NCBI RefSeq assembly: GCF_006345805.1
Contig: NC_042998.1
Coordinates: 147,932,001-147,996,000, forward strand
Direction of reading: 5' to 3'
DNA from: Octopus sinensis
Lineage: Eukaryota
Length of the DNA: 64,000 nt
Shown here: positions 25,913-40,230 of the stretch, piece by piece
Position numbering within the stretch: the stretch's first letter is position 1
How the letters are laid out: each line of letters begins with the position of its first letter
The notes under the pieces: model-generated
Database searches by the model: none
What the model saw: only the letters and a program-made list of their open reading frames with translations
What the model was told of the DNA's origin: nothing
Position numbers and translations under genes: made by a program

Positions 25913-26889
25913 TATATATTGTGAGAAAGAGATTCTTTTCAAACTATTTTATTCTTTTTTGCATCATTTTCAGTGTTATAATTTCATGCACGAGAGCCAT
26001 ACTACTGTGATTTTTCACATTAGGTGTTGATTTCAATAAGATTTTGCATGCAGTTCTGAATTCTTGGAACTTATTACTTTTTAATATTTTGGGATGTATG
26101 ATGGATATTTTTAGACAGAAATATTTATTTTGCAATGTGTGGGGAGAAATTACAACCGTGTTTCGTGGTCTGCTACCACAACAGCAGATCACGAAACATG
26201 GTTGTAATTGCAGTGGTGACTGAAGCAAAGTTATCTCTTGTAATTCATTAATATCCTTTCCTTTTTATTTTCTTAGAAAGTAAACTTTTCCTATATATTT
26301 TTTTTGCCACCTGTTTTACTTGAATTTAATCAGAAGATCATTTACACACACACACACACAAAATGATTTTTTACATTCATGAGCCTTACCTGGTTATCTC
26401 ATTAGGCCCATTAGTTCTGCTGGTTATTTTCATCAGTAACCTAGGAAATAACAGTATTTTAAGTTGTAGAAAATTTGATTTTTCAAGCCAAAAGTACAAA
26501 TGGTTGATGGGGTGTGTGAGGGGTATGTATCAGATATGAACAGATTTTATACAATCTCTAGTTACATAGGTATACTGAGAGAGAGGGAGAAAGGTAGAGT
26601 GATAAGGATGGTGGCAGTGGGGAATGACTGCAAGGAGATACAATGTCATTATTGTTACATGGATTGTGTAGTATAGTGAATATGAGAGAATGTTGAAGAG
26701 ATGAGAAGGGAGCAGATTGTGATACATCTAGGAATATAAGGAGCCATAAATCCTGATTTAGATATTATTATACACCACAGTATTTGCCATATTGGCAAAT
26801 GTTGGCAGGTCTTCTTCAGCTGCATGTGATACCAATTACCATAGTTCTTTACCATGTGTGTGAAGCATGACATCTTGAGATTAGTTTTC

Positions 26890-27150
26890 TCTTCTTAGTC
26901 TCGTGTCTTCCTTAACATCTCAGTTCCACTGCTTCAGTCTACTCTGAGAGCTCTGCACTTGTTTTGTCATCCTTTGTATACTTCACATGCTAATACCAGC
27001 AAAATGCTCTTACACATTATATTTGATTCCTCAAATGTACAATTTTCTTTCATTTCATTTGTATTCCATCATTCTTGCATGCTAATATTACACACCCCAT
27101 GGGACATAATCACTTCATTTCTTTCTAGTCTTTGCAGATCTTCTGCGTTC
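26890..27150 (-). mobile_element. Old RTE fragment (RT C-terminal region)
   Basis: Minus strand agactagaaagaaatgaagtga..atgtgtaatattag aligns to agacttgaaagaaatgaagct..gatgtgtaatgtcag at 35550-35600. Confidence 0.5.
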
Positions 27151-28378
27151 AACCTATATCTCACAGTTCATACACAATCATCAGATAATGTTCTTTGCTT
27201 TGAAAAGAAAACCCCTTGTTGTCAGCAGAAGTTATAGTTCCCTGAATTTTTTTCCACTTGTACTTACCTTCTTAACTGCACCCACCTCCACTACTAATTA
27301 AGTCATTCAGATAGCAAACACTAACAACTATTTGTTGTGGGTATTCTGGAGCATTTGAAGAAATTTATTTCACTTCTGTTCTTATTATTTAAGTTTAAAG
27401 TTTACTGTTTGTTGTTCCACTACACTTGTGCATCCAAAGATTATACTGAGCATTCATTGATTATACTGAGTACACTGTGTAGAATTCTAACCTATTCCGT
27501 TTTTGCATATTGAGCTCAGACATTTACCAGGAGTAGATTCAAATGAGTTGATATCAAAAGGGTTAAGTTGTATCTTAAGTTTTAGCTGTATCTTGGGACA
27601 GGATGATTATTATGTCAGTAGTAAGTTAAGCAATTGCCTGTTGGATTGTTCCTCTATGAAGATGAATGTGATGGTGTGTGTCAGTGATTTGTTAATACTT
27701 TTGTTTATCTCTTCTCAGCAACATTTGACTGCTTTTGGGTGCTTGATTTTTAATGTGTGTGTGTGTGTGTGTGTTCATACATGTGTATCCTAGGACCAGT
27801 AAGAAGTTGTAATAATTTTTTGTAATTTTAAAACCATGTCTAGTTAGAATTACTAAGTTGTATAAAATTTTAAATGAGGGAGGGGAGCAGACTATCAATG
27901 AAATCCCATTTGTGGTGTTGAGTAGTAGAAAGAAGAGAAAGGAGGAAGTAAACAACCAATAAATATATGTCTATTCCATTAACATTTGTATTGTATTGTA
28001 TTAAGACATTAACAATTGTCTTAATTGACTGATAAACTATAAACAAAATTGAAAACATGATCTATTATAGGGACAATGTTTTTATTATTCTCTTCATAAA
28101 AGAAGTGTCTGATTTATAAATTTTTAAAATTATGATTATTCTGTTATGGATATATATTTTATTTAAAGTTCATGCTGGACAACTACTACATGATTTATTG
28201 GGATTGTGACTGCAAGTCCAGCCAGATTAAGGATGTGGTACTGAGTATTAAGATATGATAAAGTTTTATTAATGCTATCGTGAAACTACATTGATCAGTC
28301 AATCCTGAAATGCATGATATAAAAATTGTACTAGTTATATTTACATTAATTTTGAAAGATGTGAAGAAATCTCTAACA

Positions 28379-28570
28379 CAGTGTTTCCCAACATATATCC
28401 CACCAGGTCCCACTATAACTTTCCAGAAAAATGTATGCCCCACTAGTGTTTGGAAAAAAAGTATAGGTGTAGCATGTTTGCTGTGAAAAAAAAGATATTC
28501 ACTATTCCATGCCCCACTAAAAAAGAAAGGAAAATATGTGGATCCCATACCCCACCACAATTTTTGCAAG
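28379..28570 (+). mobile_element. Possible hAT-type MITE end
   Basis: Begins CAGTGTTTCCCAAC, a typical hAT (Charlie/Tip100-like) terminus; partner end not found. Confidence 0.35.
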
Positions 28571-31500
28571 GTTTTTTTTGACTTAGAAAATTTTCAAATT
28601 TCAATTATATCTTTGATTTCATTCCATAATTAAGTTTGTTTACCCCTTGATGTAAAGATAAAAATGATAATTATGACACCTATGGTTGAAGTGACAATTG
28701 TATAACAAAGAGTATAGTTTTCAAAAATCTCCTCTCCTAAGACCACTCTTTTTATACTATGTGGCTTTACTCCTTAAAATTCAAACAGTTCAGAAAATAA
28801 TACAACCTTAAAATAAGTTATGTATTTGAAGGTCCTCAATAAACTTCACTGCTATTGAAGTTTTAAAAATAATCACGATGCTGCTTCTATTTTATTACTT
28901 TGACTATGAAGTAAAAACTTTCTTTATTTTTGTTATACAGCATAACTGAAAGACCTAAAATTCCTCATACAGAGAAAAAGGACATTCACATTAGTGATAT
29001 TTAAAAACAATTCATCTTTTCATAACCTTGAAAAAAAAAAGGTAATAAGTTCCCCCCAGTACATGCTGTAAATTGATTAGCATTGGGAAGGGTATCCAGC
29101 TGTAGAAACCATGCCAAAGCAGACATTGGAGCACAATGAATTTCTTGGACTTATCAGATCCTGTTGCAGCATCCTATGCATGCCAGCACTGAACATGGAT
29201 GTTAACTGATTACACTTTGTCCTTAACTGTTGCTTAGACTGATGATAGAATTTATCATAGATTATGTCAGTATAACTTTTCCTAAATGGTTTTTTTTATA
29301 CTCAAAAAAGTAAAATTGTGTTTACTCTATCATCACCATCGTTTAATGTCTGCCTTCCATGCTGGTATGGGTGGGATGGTTTGACAGGAGCCAACCAGGC
29401 AGAAGCCTGCACCAGACTTCTGTGACTAGTAGGACTTTTACAGCTGAAGGCCCTTCCTAACACCAACTACTCAGCAGAGTGGATTAAGTGCTTTTTAGGT
29501 GGTACAAGCACAGGCGAGGTCAGTTTTGTCAAGGGTTTTACAGCCAGATACCCTTCCAAACACCATGAACTGTATCAGAGATGACCCATTCTTTTCTACT
29601 ATTAGTTGTCAACTGAAAAAGGGTGTCTTGTTAGAAGAGTGATTTGCCATGTGACTCTTACAGACAGTTCAGATTTATGACGACAGTTGCATGGTTTCAA
29701 GTATTAATTACCATAAAAATATCATCAGGAAATAATACACTAAATGCTTTTTTTTTTTATCAATTTAGTTTAGAGATTAAATCTACTAAATAAATTTCAA
29801 AGAGATTAGGATTCAGGTAACTGTCTACAAGTGATAAATCTGTTGTAGTGGTGGTGGTGGTATTAGTATTTTGTTCTGTTGGGGTAGGGTGGGGTGAGTT
29901 GACGGAGTTTAAAAATGATAGACTGGAAAAGATTTAGAGAAAGAGGCTAAAGAGTAAGATGAGGAGAGAGAATAGATAAAGTGAAGGTAAGAAGAATCAG
30001 ACAATCAATATGACAAATGATAGTTTGTAGAATGTCAGTGAGTTTGTCATGTGTGTTAGTCTGGTGGTTGAAGATTGTGAATGGAGAAGATGCTGGTGAG
30101 GGTGGAGGGAAGTGGAGTGAATGAAGAGGGTAAAGAGATGTGATGCAAGAGGGAATGAGCAGGGAACAATAAAAAGGAAGTGGTTACAGTGAATGAATGA
30201 ATGAATGAATGAATGAATGAATGTAGGAGGAAGGAAGAAAGAAAATAAAATAAAAGTATAGTGATTTCAGAGTAAAAAAAGAGAGAAGTGCTGTGGAATG
30301 TAGGAATGAAGTTGAGTAAAGTAAAATTGTTTTGGAGTTTGAAGTGTTACAAAGTACTTGGTTAATGTCCTCAACATAAACTCTAGGCAATACAGACTTT
30401 CATTATCAGTGATGGAGGTCATTTTTGGTTGCTCAATATGATAGAAATAGTAACAAAATTGTTCTCAAATTACACTCTACCAACTAAAAAGAAAAAAAGA
30501 CATTGGATAAGGGTACACAATGCCTGGCAAAATACAGAATGGCCATGATTTGATGATCTTGGACTAAATAACTACACAGACTGATGGTTACATTGTTGTT
30601 TTGGTTAGGGTAAATGGACAGTGGGAACCAGCTGCAACCAAACTTTTTGGTTCCTTATTTATAGATTTGGAGCAATCTTGCAGAATCTAACAGTCTTCAA
30701 TTTCTCAAATGTGGTGGTTCTGTGAGCAAGTACTTCCACAGAGAAAGCCTCCATATTTGCTGCCCACCTTGCATCCAGCTCTACATAAAACTATCTTTCA
30801 ATTGCTCATAGTTCATCAGCACACACATACATGCACCAAGTTTGAAAGTACCTCTAGCCACTTCAAACCATTGGCCCTAACATTGTCCTCTCCTTCAACC
30901 TCAAATAATATACCTCAGGACTAATCTATCTTTCTATACAAGGATAATTTGATCTTCAGAAACATGTTATAATGTGCCCCTCATTTAAGAAACACAACTT
31001 TTCTGATTCTTCCAATTGTTGTTCAATGCACTCACTTCCTATAGCTTAAAGGTAATGGGGTCACCTATTAACGGCTTTCTCCTACACTCCTATCACTTTC
31101 CCTGGTTAATGATTACCAGTATGCTTTTGTTAGATCAGATCTACTTGTAACTTACTCTTTTTTGTTACTCAGGAATGAGCCTTGTCCCTCCCTTCTGACA
31201 TCCATGTATCTGTAACAAGAGGGGAAGATGCTAGCTGTAGATAGTTTTTGTAACAGGTTTTAAAATAATGATGTGTATTATTCAGATATGTTTCTTTTTT
31301 TAGTCATCAAAATGATTTCCTTTTTTACTTGTCATTTAGATTGATAGGAAAACCATGTCTTTTGTATTTGGTGTTTTATGGTGATCATTATAACTTCAGA
31401 TTCTTGAGCAGTCTAATAGCTGTATCTCACCCTGAAAAATTGGCTTCTCGACAAATAGCGTTCATTGATGTTGGTATTTTTCACCAGGGCACAATTGTTA

Positions 31501-33754
31501 TTGTTATTTAGGTTACCTTACTTGATTCTTCAGATTATAGATGCAGTATTCAAGCCTACTGGCCTAGTTAGCTAGCAAAGCAAAGCAAGGTTTATTCCAA
31601 TCCTGACTAGCAACTGAATTTTTAACTATTGCTTAATAATAATATTAGTTAATAACAATGCTGCATTGCTATAGAGATCCCTTCACTGTGAATGTGGAAC
31701 AATAAAGCTCTTACTCATAAACATTCCAGACTACATCCTAATAAAGGCCAACCAGCTGATATCTTAAAAACATTTTGTTTCTGCTCTCTACTTCCCCTAC
31801 TACCACTGTTACCACCATCATGCAGCATCTCATCCTCAAACACGTTGCCTAATCCTTTCCTTTAGAATTCCCACACTCTTGGACTAATTTTGTCACCCAC
31901 ATTTGTTTCTGTGGACATCAAGCTATTGATGCTCATTTAGAGAATATCAACTGCAATATGCTTGCCCTAGTATGACAGATGACTTGAAAAGCTCACAGAA
32001 ATTATACTTCATTCTTGGACTAAATCCCCCCCCCCCCCAAATAAATAAATAAAGCTAATTGTTTCTTTGGAATTAATGTGGATGTTCAATTTTATATTCA
32101 GATTTCTTTAATGCTGATGCAAAGAAAATGAGAACTTTTCTAAAGGAATCTCATGATTTTATTAAAATCACATAAATATGGTTAGCTTTTACATTATACT
32201 AATAAAATAGCACTATGTAAACATGTTTTTCAGTAGGTGTTCCTGAAAGGAGAATTTGGATTATTTTGTAAATAAGGGGGTGGTTGTGATTAATTTTATT
32301 ATTAACTTGAAATTAAGTATTTATATCTTAATATTTAATAATTGTTGATTATTAATAGGTTGTATAACTCCTTCCTTTCTTCCCTGATCCACTCCAACCC
32401 CAACTGATATTCATCACTGGTCATACTTTCATGTTCCCATTCAGTCTCCACCTCACTCCCTATCTCTAACCATCTGTTATACTCCTTTCACATGCTCATA
32501 AAATTACCTACCCACCTACCTGCCCTTTCTGTTCCTCTAACCCTATTCTCTCTTGTACCATCAAGGTATGCTCTCACCATCTCTCTCTCTCTCTCTCTCT
32601 CCAGCTAGGGAAGCCATGTACCTGCTCATCAATAAGATATCTGTTCCTGTTGCTCTATCACTATCAGCTCCATCAATATTATACATCTTAGTTGAGGGGT
32701 CTTATCTTGCAAGTTGCATGGTGACCACACTAATGCTGGTGTCATATAAAAAGCAGCAAGTACATTCTATAAAGTGGTTGATATTAAGAGGGGCATACAG
32801 TTTGTAGAAACCATTCCTGAGCAGGCATTGGAGCTCGATGCATTTCTCTGGCTTGTTGGTTTCTGTCAAAATCATGCCAACATGGAAAATAGACATTAAA
32901 TAACAATGATGATATTGTTTGCAGTTTGTATAGGTTGTGGTAGAAACCCCGCCGTCCTTGATAAATGTTTTAATAGCATTATTCCAAACAGTGATGGTAA
33001 CTGTTATATGAATACATTTCCTACCACTTGCCTAACTTTACTACTTCCACACCAATGCCCATCTAAAATATAGGAAGTTTTTCTGCTATACCATGATTAT
33101 TTTACTGCTAGAAATAGCTTATTCTGTCGAGCAGGTGTCATATTTGAAAAGAAATTCTTCAGTTAAAACCCATCCTTTAATATTTAGTACCTGAAATATC
33201 TGGCAATCTAATTTGAGTATGCATTTTTCATAAGATGTAAAGGATATCTAGTAATTAGTAACCTAGCCATCTACAATGTTGTTGAAACAAACCAAATACT
33301 TTAATGAAAACTATTTAGTCCAAAGTTAAAAATTTTCTGAAATATTTTGTTTCTCTTTATTTAATTTTCATTTTCAATAAGACCAGACTCATTTCCATTG
33401 ACTTTTAGTATGTGTTAACATTATTATAACTATCTCTATAATAGTTGATACTAATTTTGGTTGGTTGGTTGGTTGGGTGATTTCCCCGGGTACATTTTAC
33501 ATCATATAGATAGAGGTAGGGAGAAAGTAAAAGAGACTCACAGAGAGAGTTAACACAGATCAATAGAGGAACACTGATATTGACTAGTGGTAGGGGGATG
33601 GTAAAGATGATAAAGACTCTCTCTCCCAGACACATTAACATAAATGCAGTTTAAGTAGAAGGATTAACTTGACAAACAGTTGGTAAGGTGAGATAAAGAA
33701 GTTGTAAGGTTTACATAGCCATAGATATATGTGTGTGTGTATGTATGTATGTCA

Positions 33755-36700
33755 TTATTCAGTTTATTTCAAGATTTCTTGCCATTAGAGAAAGAATCGG
33801 TTTCTAACCTAGATCCACTGTTCCTTCATTGGAATTTCAACATCAACAACAGGGTATTTATGTTTGTATGTATGTATGCATGTATGTGCAGATTTGTATG
33901 TTTTATATATGTATTCTCATGCATAGAGTTACATAACTAGACATACTCGTATATATTTAAATGATAAACTTCAGGAAAGTTTTACAGATTTTTACACTTC
34001 TAGTGATAGATTGGATCTGTATCCTTCAAATTAGCTTTCTCCTTTCTGGTTTTGGGAAGCCTAATATCTCAAGATTGGTATTTAGGCAATGTGTTGCATA
34101 TCCCAGGGCCCCAATAATTACAGGTATAAACCTAGAGACTTTTAGAAGCCATTATGAAAGACTGCTGAATGTGGAAAATGAATGGGAGGAGGAGAGCCTG
34201 CAAAATGTTGACCCAGTAGAGGGACCAGCTATCTGAATAGACAGCTCCCTAGTAGTTAAGGCAATTAAGGGTATGAAACCAGGAAAAGCCCCCCCCCCCC
34301 CCCGGGCCCATCAGGAATCACTGCTGATATGCTTAAAACAGCTGGTTGTGTGGGCTATGGCCTAGTCATCCGCATTGTAAACCAGGTAGTTCATAATGGA
34401 GTCATACCCAATGACTGGCGTAGCAGCACCATAGTCAACTGTTACAAGGGTTAAGGTGATGCTCTAGCTAGAAATAACTACAGGGGTATTAAACTGTTGG
34501 ATCAGGTGATGAAGGTCACAGAGAGGGTCATAACCCAACTCATTAGGGAGAGAATTTGCTTAGATGAGATGCAGTTCGGTTTTGTGCCGGGTAGAAGCAC
34601 CACTGATGCTATATTCCTGGTTCGACAACTGCAGGAGAAATACCTAGCTAAAGATAAACCCCTCTACATAGCTTTTGTGGACTTGGAGAAAGCCTTTGAC
34701 AGGGTCCCCCGATCCCTTATCTGGTGGTCGATGCGGAAACTGGAGATTGACGAATGGCTAATAAGGGCTGTACAGGCCTTATACAGAGAGGCTGTCAGCA
34801 AGGTTAGGATTGGCAATGAGTATAGTGAAGAATTCCGGGTAGAAGTAGGTGTACACCAAGGTTCAGCCCTCAGTCCCCTTTTATTCATCATAGTCCTCCA
34901 GGCAATAACAGAGGAATTCAAAACAAGTTGCCCCTGGGAGCTCCTCTATGCTGGTGACCTGGCTCATAGCAGAATTACTACCGGAACTAGAAAAGAAATT
35001 TCGGGTGTGGAAGCAAGGTTTAGAATCAAATGGCCTTAGAGTAAATGTAGCAAAGACCAAAGTTATAGTAAGTAGAAAGGCGAATTCATCACACACCCCC
35101 TCGGGGGGCAGGTGGCCCTGCTCGATCTGTAGGAAAGGTGTAGGTAGAAACTCCATAAGATGTACCCAGTGTAAGCTATGGATGCATAAGAGGTGCAGCA
35201 ACATCAAAGGGAAATTAACTGATAAGATAACTTTCATGTGCGGCAGATGCACAGGGACAATAGACACCACAGATACTCAGAAAACAGATTCCATCACACT
35301 CCAGTGGGAGAAACTAGAAGTAGTTGATAGTTTCCGCTACCTAGGTCACCAAGTTAGTAGTGGAGGTGGATGCTCAGAGAGTGTCACCACTAGAATACGA
35401 ATAGCCTGGGCAAAGTTTAGGAAGCTCCTACCCCTACTGGCGACAAAGGGTCTCTCGCTCAGAGTGAAAGGTAGATTGTATGATGCATGTGTGCGAACCG
35501 CCATGCTTCACGGTAGTGAAACATGGTCTGTGACTGCAGAGGACATGCGTAGACTTGAAAGAAATGAAGCTAACATGATCCGCTGGATGTGTAATGTCAG
35601 TGTGCACGCACGACAGAGTGTAAGCACCCTGAGAGAAATGCTGGACATAAGAAGCATCAGATGTGGTGTGCAAGAGCAACGCTTGCGATGTTATGGTCAT
35701 GTACTGCGGATGGATGAGGAGAGATGTGTGAAGAAGTGCCGCTCCCAAACAGTTGGAGGTATCAGGGGAAGAGGTAGACTTAGGAAGACATGGGGTGAGG
35801 TAGTCAGGCATGACCTCCGAGCGTTGGGCCTCACAGAGGCAATGACGAAGGACCGAGATTTCTGGAGATATGCTGTGACTGCAAAGACCCGGGCTGCTTC
35901 CTGCACCACTTCCGCATAGCCCCAGCCCATTCAAAGTACCTTGGATTTCAGAACAACCTGCTGTGCTTGAGGAGACCTATTGAGTCAAGTACATGAACAT
36001 CGAAATAAATATCAATGGAAATAGTAGTTGTGATTCCTGTGCTGGTGGCACGTAAAAAGCACCAACCGATCATGGCCGCTGCCAGACTCCCTTGGCACCT
36101 GTGCCAGTGGCACGTAAAAAGCACCCACTACACTCACGGAGTGGTTGGTGTTAGGAAGGGCATCCAGCTGTAGAAACACTGCCAGATCAGACTGGAGCCT
36201 GGTGCAGCCTCCTGGCTTCCCAGACCCCGGTTGAACCATCCAACCCGTGCTAGCACGGAAAACGGACGTTAAACGACGACGACGACGTAGTAGTAGTAGT
36301 TGTAGTAACTGCAAATTTCTCAATAGTACAGCATAGGTATTCTCTTTTTCACTGATCTTCAGCTTTATGTTAACATCCACTGGACAGCTAATTTCTGCAA
36401 CTGTGCACAGTTTCTCTTCTCTATCCCAAATCACATCAGGTCTGTTGTGCTTATATTTTATTGAGGTCTTCACTGGTACATTCCATCAGTATTCCTTTTC
36501 ATTATCAGTGGCAATGGCTTCTACTATATTGTGGTTATTTATTTCTTTGTCCTTGGGGTTATCCTTCCGATGGATTTCGTTATGGAGTGTCCTAGCTACA
36601 ACATCATGTCTCATTGGTAGACAATACTGTGATGACATTCTCAGACAACTGCTTATGATGTGGGTGATATCTTCAGTGTGAACTCCACAAAGTCTGCATC

Positions 36701-37485
36701 AGTTGTCACGTTTTACGGCTTTTCTCTCATCTCTATTCCTTTTGTGCATCAGGTACTTGGTTGATATTTCCTGTTCCTGTATTGCAAACACATACCCTTC
36801 AAAGTGGGAGGTAATAATCCAGCTATTTGTCCATGATAAAATGCTTTGATGATCGATGTTACTATCATAATGGAGCTTTCTACTAACATATTTATGCATA
36901 GTCTTCTTCTTACATAGGCTCATCCTTTCATCTAATATGTTGTAGTAGAGTTGTGTGACTTCTTTGGGCATGTATTCTAGGTTATCAGACAAAGAGTGTT
37001 GCTCAAGGAGCTGCCTTCCAAGTATTATGATGCTATCAGCTTCATGTATGCAAACTTGGTCAGGGAATGCACTTTGAAGCTTGGTAGTTAAAAGATGTTA
37101 CTGAAGGGATATGATGCGACATTTAAATGCATTGTGGATCAGTGTTAAGCCTCTGCCGCCTTGTTTACATTTTAGGTAGAGGCAGTCTACATCATTGTTT
37201 ATGTGGAAAATATGTGTGCTTGTTAGTATTTTTTGGGTTTCACATCAGTGGCACGGATCTCATTAAGTGTCCAATCAAGCAGCCCAAATGTTGGTTTAAG
37301 TACTGGCACTGCAAACACATTGTGGGCCACTGTTTTATTGAATGCAGAAAGTTCTGAGGTTCAAATTTTCTTTATTCGGCTGTAATATTCTTTAGTGATA
37401 CGTGTATTGTTATATGTGGCACTGTAAGATATATTTTCATCCACCCCTAGATACCTGTAACCTTGTCAGATACAGGGGAGACAGT
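33755..37485 (-). mobile_element. 5'-truncated R4/Dong-like RLE non-LTR retrotransposon, split by an RTE insertion
   Basis: Minus strand reads YRYLGVDE..., NKTVAHNVFAVPVL, LYLKCKQGGRGL, EGYVFAIQEQEI, a CRLC-x8-H-x4-C knuckle, RHD, HNRPDV..EISCP..K. It continues on the far side of the RTE as FIPVIIGALG...VKICKTFLKFII* (stop 33957-33959), then a 3' UTR ending aataaactgaataa. Confidence 0.85.
34134..36300 (+). mobile_element. 5'-truncated, relatively young RTE LINE (RT, PHD insert, 3' UTR, (GAC)n(TAG)n tail)
   Basis: ORFs 34497-35039 (FVDLEKAFDRVP, GVHQGSALSP, YAGD in place of YADD) and 34948-35919 (FRYLG, GRLYDACVRTAMLHGSETW), offset by a 2-nt deletion near 34970. Confidence 0.95.
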
Positions 37486-38299
37486 TGTATGTATCAATCA
37501 TCTTTATTATATTAGCAGCCACTTTTCCATGCTTGCATGGGTCAGGTGAAATTTGTTGAGTCAGATTTTTTGTGGCTGGATGCCACAGGTAATATTTTCC
37601 CATGACCAGACATGATTTTCACAGAAGATGGGAAATGTACAAAGTTGCTTGTATGATGGTGATGCTTGTTCCCAACCATCGGAAAATATTACCTTGATAA
37701 CAGGAAAAGCATCAAGACATAAAAAATCTGAATGTCTCTTCAATTTTAAATCTCTGAAATGAATAGTATTATAGTTATAAAATTGTAATTTTTTCTTCAT
37801 TTTGCTTGGAATTTCAGACTATAAGTAGGGGAATAAATGCATAAGCAGAAAAAAGCAAAAGGAAAAACAAAATCCTTCCATATTTTCATTTAAGTTTTTG
37901 TGGTATTGTTCAGTAAAACAAAATGTATCTTAAAATAATTATCTTCTTCTTTGATTTCCTTGAACTAAAGAATTTTCTTCCTGTTATATTTCCTTGTGCT
38001 TAAGAATTAGCTTCCTGTTACACTTCCTTGGATTGAAAATTTACCTCCCAATGGTGAAAATTAAAATAGGCCACAGTCTTAATAATATATTAGATAATCA
38101 TGACTTAAGAAACACACCTCCTAAGAAAATAATGGTGAATTTATCAGCAGAACACAAATATGAGCTTCAATGTTCCTAGATGTACTTGTACAGACAGATA
38201 AAGGACACCCTGTCAAATTGCATTGACATCATTAACAAGGACATGCAGGAAAACATTGTATTCTTAGAGTTTCTTTTATCATTTTTGACAATTGTTGCA

Positions 38300-40230
38300 G
38301 TGTTTTACATTCTTATTTCAAATGTAGCTGAGGTTGACTGACAACTTCAAAATGAGACTTTTAGTCTGTTTGCAACAATCTTGAGAAAACAGAAGAAAAT
38401 GAAACTGAAGGGAAAAACTAATGACACATTTTCTGGAACCAGTAGGATGGTTCAACAGGTTTAGAAAACAATTCATGATGTTAAAGTTGCTGGGAAATGT
38501 GCATTTGTGGGTGACAGTGAATTACTCAAATTGGGGAAAAAAAATAATAAATAAATAAAATGAAATAAAAATAGTATTTATGTTGATATAATGTGGCTTG
38601 AAACAATGTATTACCAAAGAGGAGAGAGGAGTCAGCTGGACTATCCATCAAAATCTGAGACAGTACAGGAAAAATGGGAATAGAAAAGAAATTTTTGGCA
38701 AATGTCTGGAAGAGAAATCTGCAGTGTTTTGGGTATGTTATCAGGGTCCAAAATCTCAGCACTCACATCTTAGTGGGAAGAGTCAGTAGAAAACAGGAAG
38801 GAGGAGATTGAGAAGATACTGGCTGGAAAGCCTCTGATTGAATGCACAACCATGGCCAGTGGCAGGAATTGATAGAGGGAAATGGTGCATGCATCCATGG
38901 TTTCTGACCCTCAGTAATGAGGAAACTTTACTGCTGCCACCATCACCACCACCACAAATGGGATTATTTTGGAAACAAATTCATAATAAACCTTATTTTG
39001 CATGAAAATACAATTACTACATTGGTTCAGTGACTGATGATCATCTTTTATTTAAATCTAAATCCCATATTTTACATTCTTATTGATTAAAAAACCCAAG
39101 TGCTATTAAATTGTTCTGCTAGCATTTTCTACAACTTATTGAATATCCAATAGAAAAGCTTGGCTCACAAAATCTTTAGTTGAAGATTAGTTTAAGAATT
39201 ATTTTTCTTGAGGTTGAAAGATACTGTACATCAATAAATTGAAAATTTGAAAATTTTTATTAATATTTGTCAGTGCTACTGGTTACCCAACTGCATTTGG
39301 TTACTTATGTTAACAATGTGTTATGGTTATATTTTTGCTACTGAAAATAACATTACTGTTGTGCCCAGTGTACCAGAGGGTGATTGCCATATGCAAAGCT
39401 TCCTACTTTGGCAAAATATTTGTCCAGGTGATTAAGCCAACTATTGGAGAAAATGCAATTAATCTCATGGACTTCTGGAAGAAGCATAACAGAAAAACTG
39501 TATTGGAGAATGTGGATAATGCATAGTATGAAGTAACAGCTAGCAATATGAGAACTGTTTGGCAGAATGTAAGTTCTTACTGTACAAATATTTTTGGTAA
39601 ATCTGAGGTGGAAATTACAGGGGCTGTAGCAGAAATTATTTGACTTGGATAACAGAAATATCTAAAGCAGACAACTTTAACATCAGATAATTGTTTAGAG
39701 AATTGTTTGATTTGCATGATGTTGACCTTAATGATCAGGACCTTCTAATTCTTTAGCATTCAGATTACTCTATCAAATGATTATTCATTCACATTGTTTT
39801 GAAATTGATCATGCATTATCTTGTAACTTCAAGATTTTGATGATGTGATTATTTCTTTTTAGAATAACATTGCTGGGTAGGTGCGAGAGGTTGGATCTGG
39901 CCAGTTTCAGCATAATGCATGTAGAGTATTTAGGCTGGATATGGCCAGCTTAAATGTTAAATGGTTATAACTGAAAAGCAGTAGTAACAGCAACATATGA
40001 TGAAGATAACCTAGATGGAGCATGAAAGAATTCCCAATTAAAGAATTTGATGCTATTTTTAGAATTTTTGAAGATTGAAAGCAGATGATAGCAGCTGCTG
40101 ATCCAGAAGTAGTGTATGATAGAAGTCAGAAGTTTAAAATGCACTCAAATGTTAAGAAGTAATAATGCACAATGAGAAAAAAGAAGTAAAATTGAATCAA
40201 AAATCCTTTTTACATTATTTAAAAACAACT
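38300..40230 (+). mobile_element. Fragmented Tigger/pogo-like transposase relic
   Basis: CENP-B-like segment (S.GWFNRF...HDVKV.G) near 38430-38520 and DDE segment VIFLL..ITLLL.PV.QRVIA..KASY...DFWKKHN..VLENVDNA*YEV at 39323-39560. Confidence 0.6.
39745..39967 (-). mobile_element. piggyBac-like MITE inserted in the Tigger relic
   Basis: ctttagcattcagattactctatcaaatg...ggatatggccagcttaaatgttaaatgg; same family as 9270-9444 and 45861-45995, which end in GGG TTAA. Confidence 0.6.

Noticed and set aside
28941-29041. Cryptic exon with good acceptor and GTAATA donor
   Set aside because: Immediate stop in the host frame and no structural or other support beyond splice-like sites.
29880-30340. Long purine-rich tract with (GAAT)n
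   Set aside because: Low complexity, no coherent ORF or recognisable element; no function can be supported.
34289-34303. Poly-C expansion and frameshift in the RTE (similar C/G runs at 5989-6003, 32026-32038, 51626-51637, 56376-56389)
   Set aside because: Homopolymer lengths may be sequencing or assembly error, so no biological meaning is assigned.
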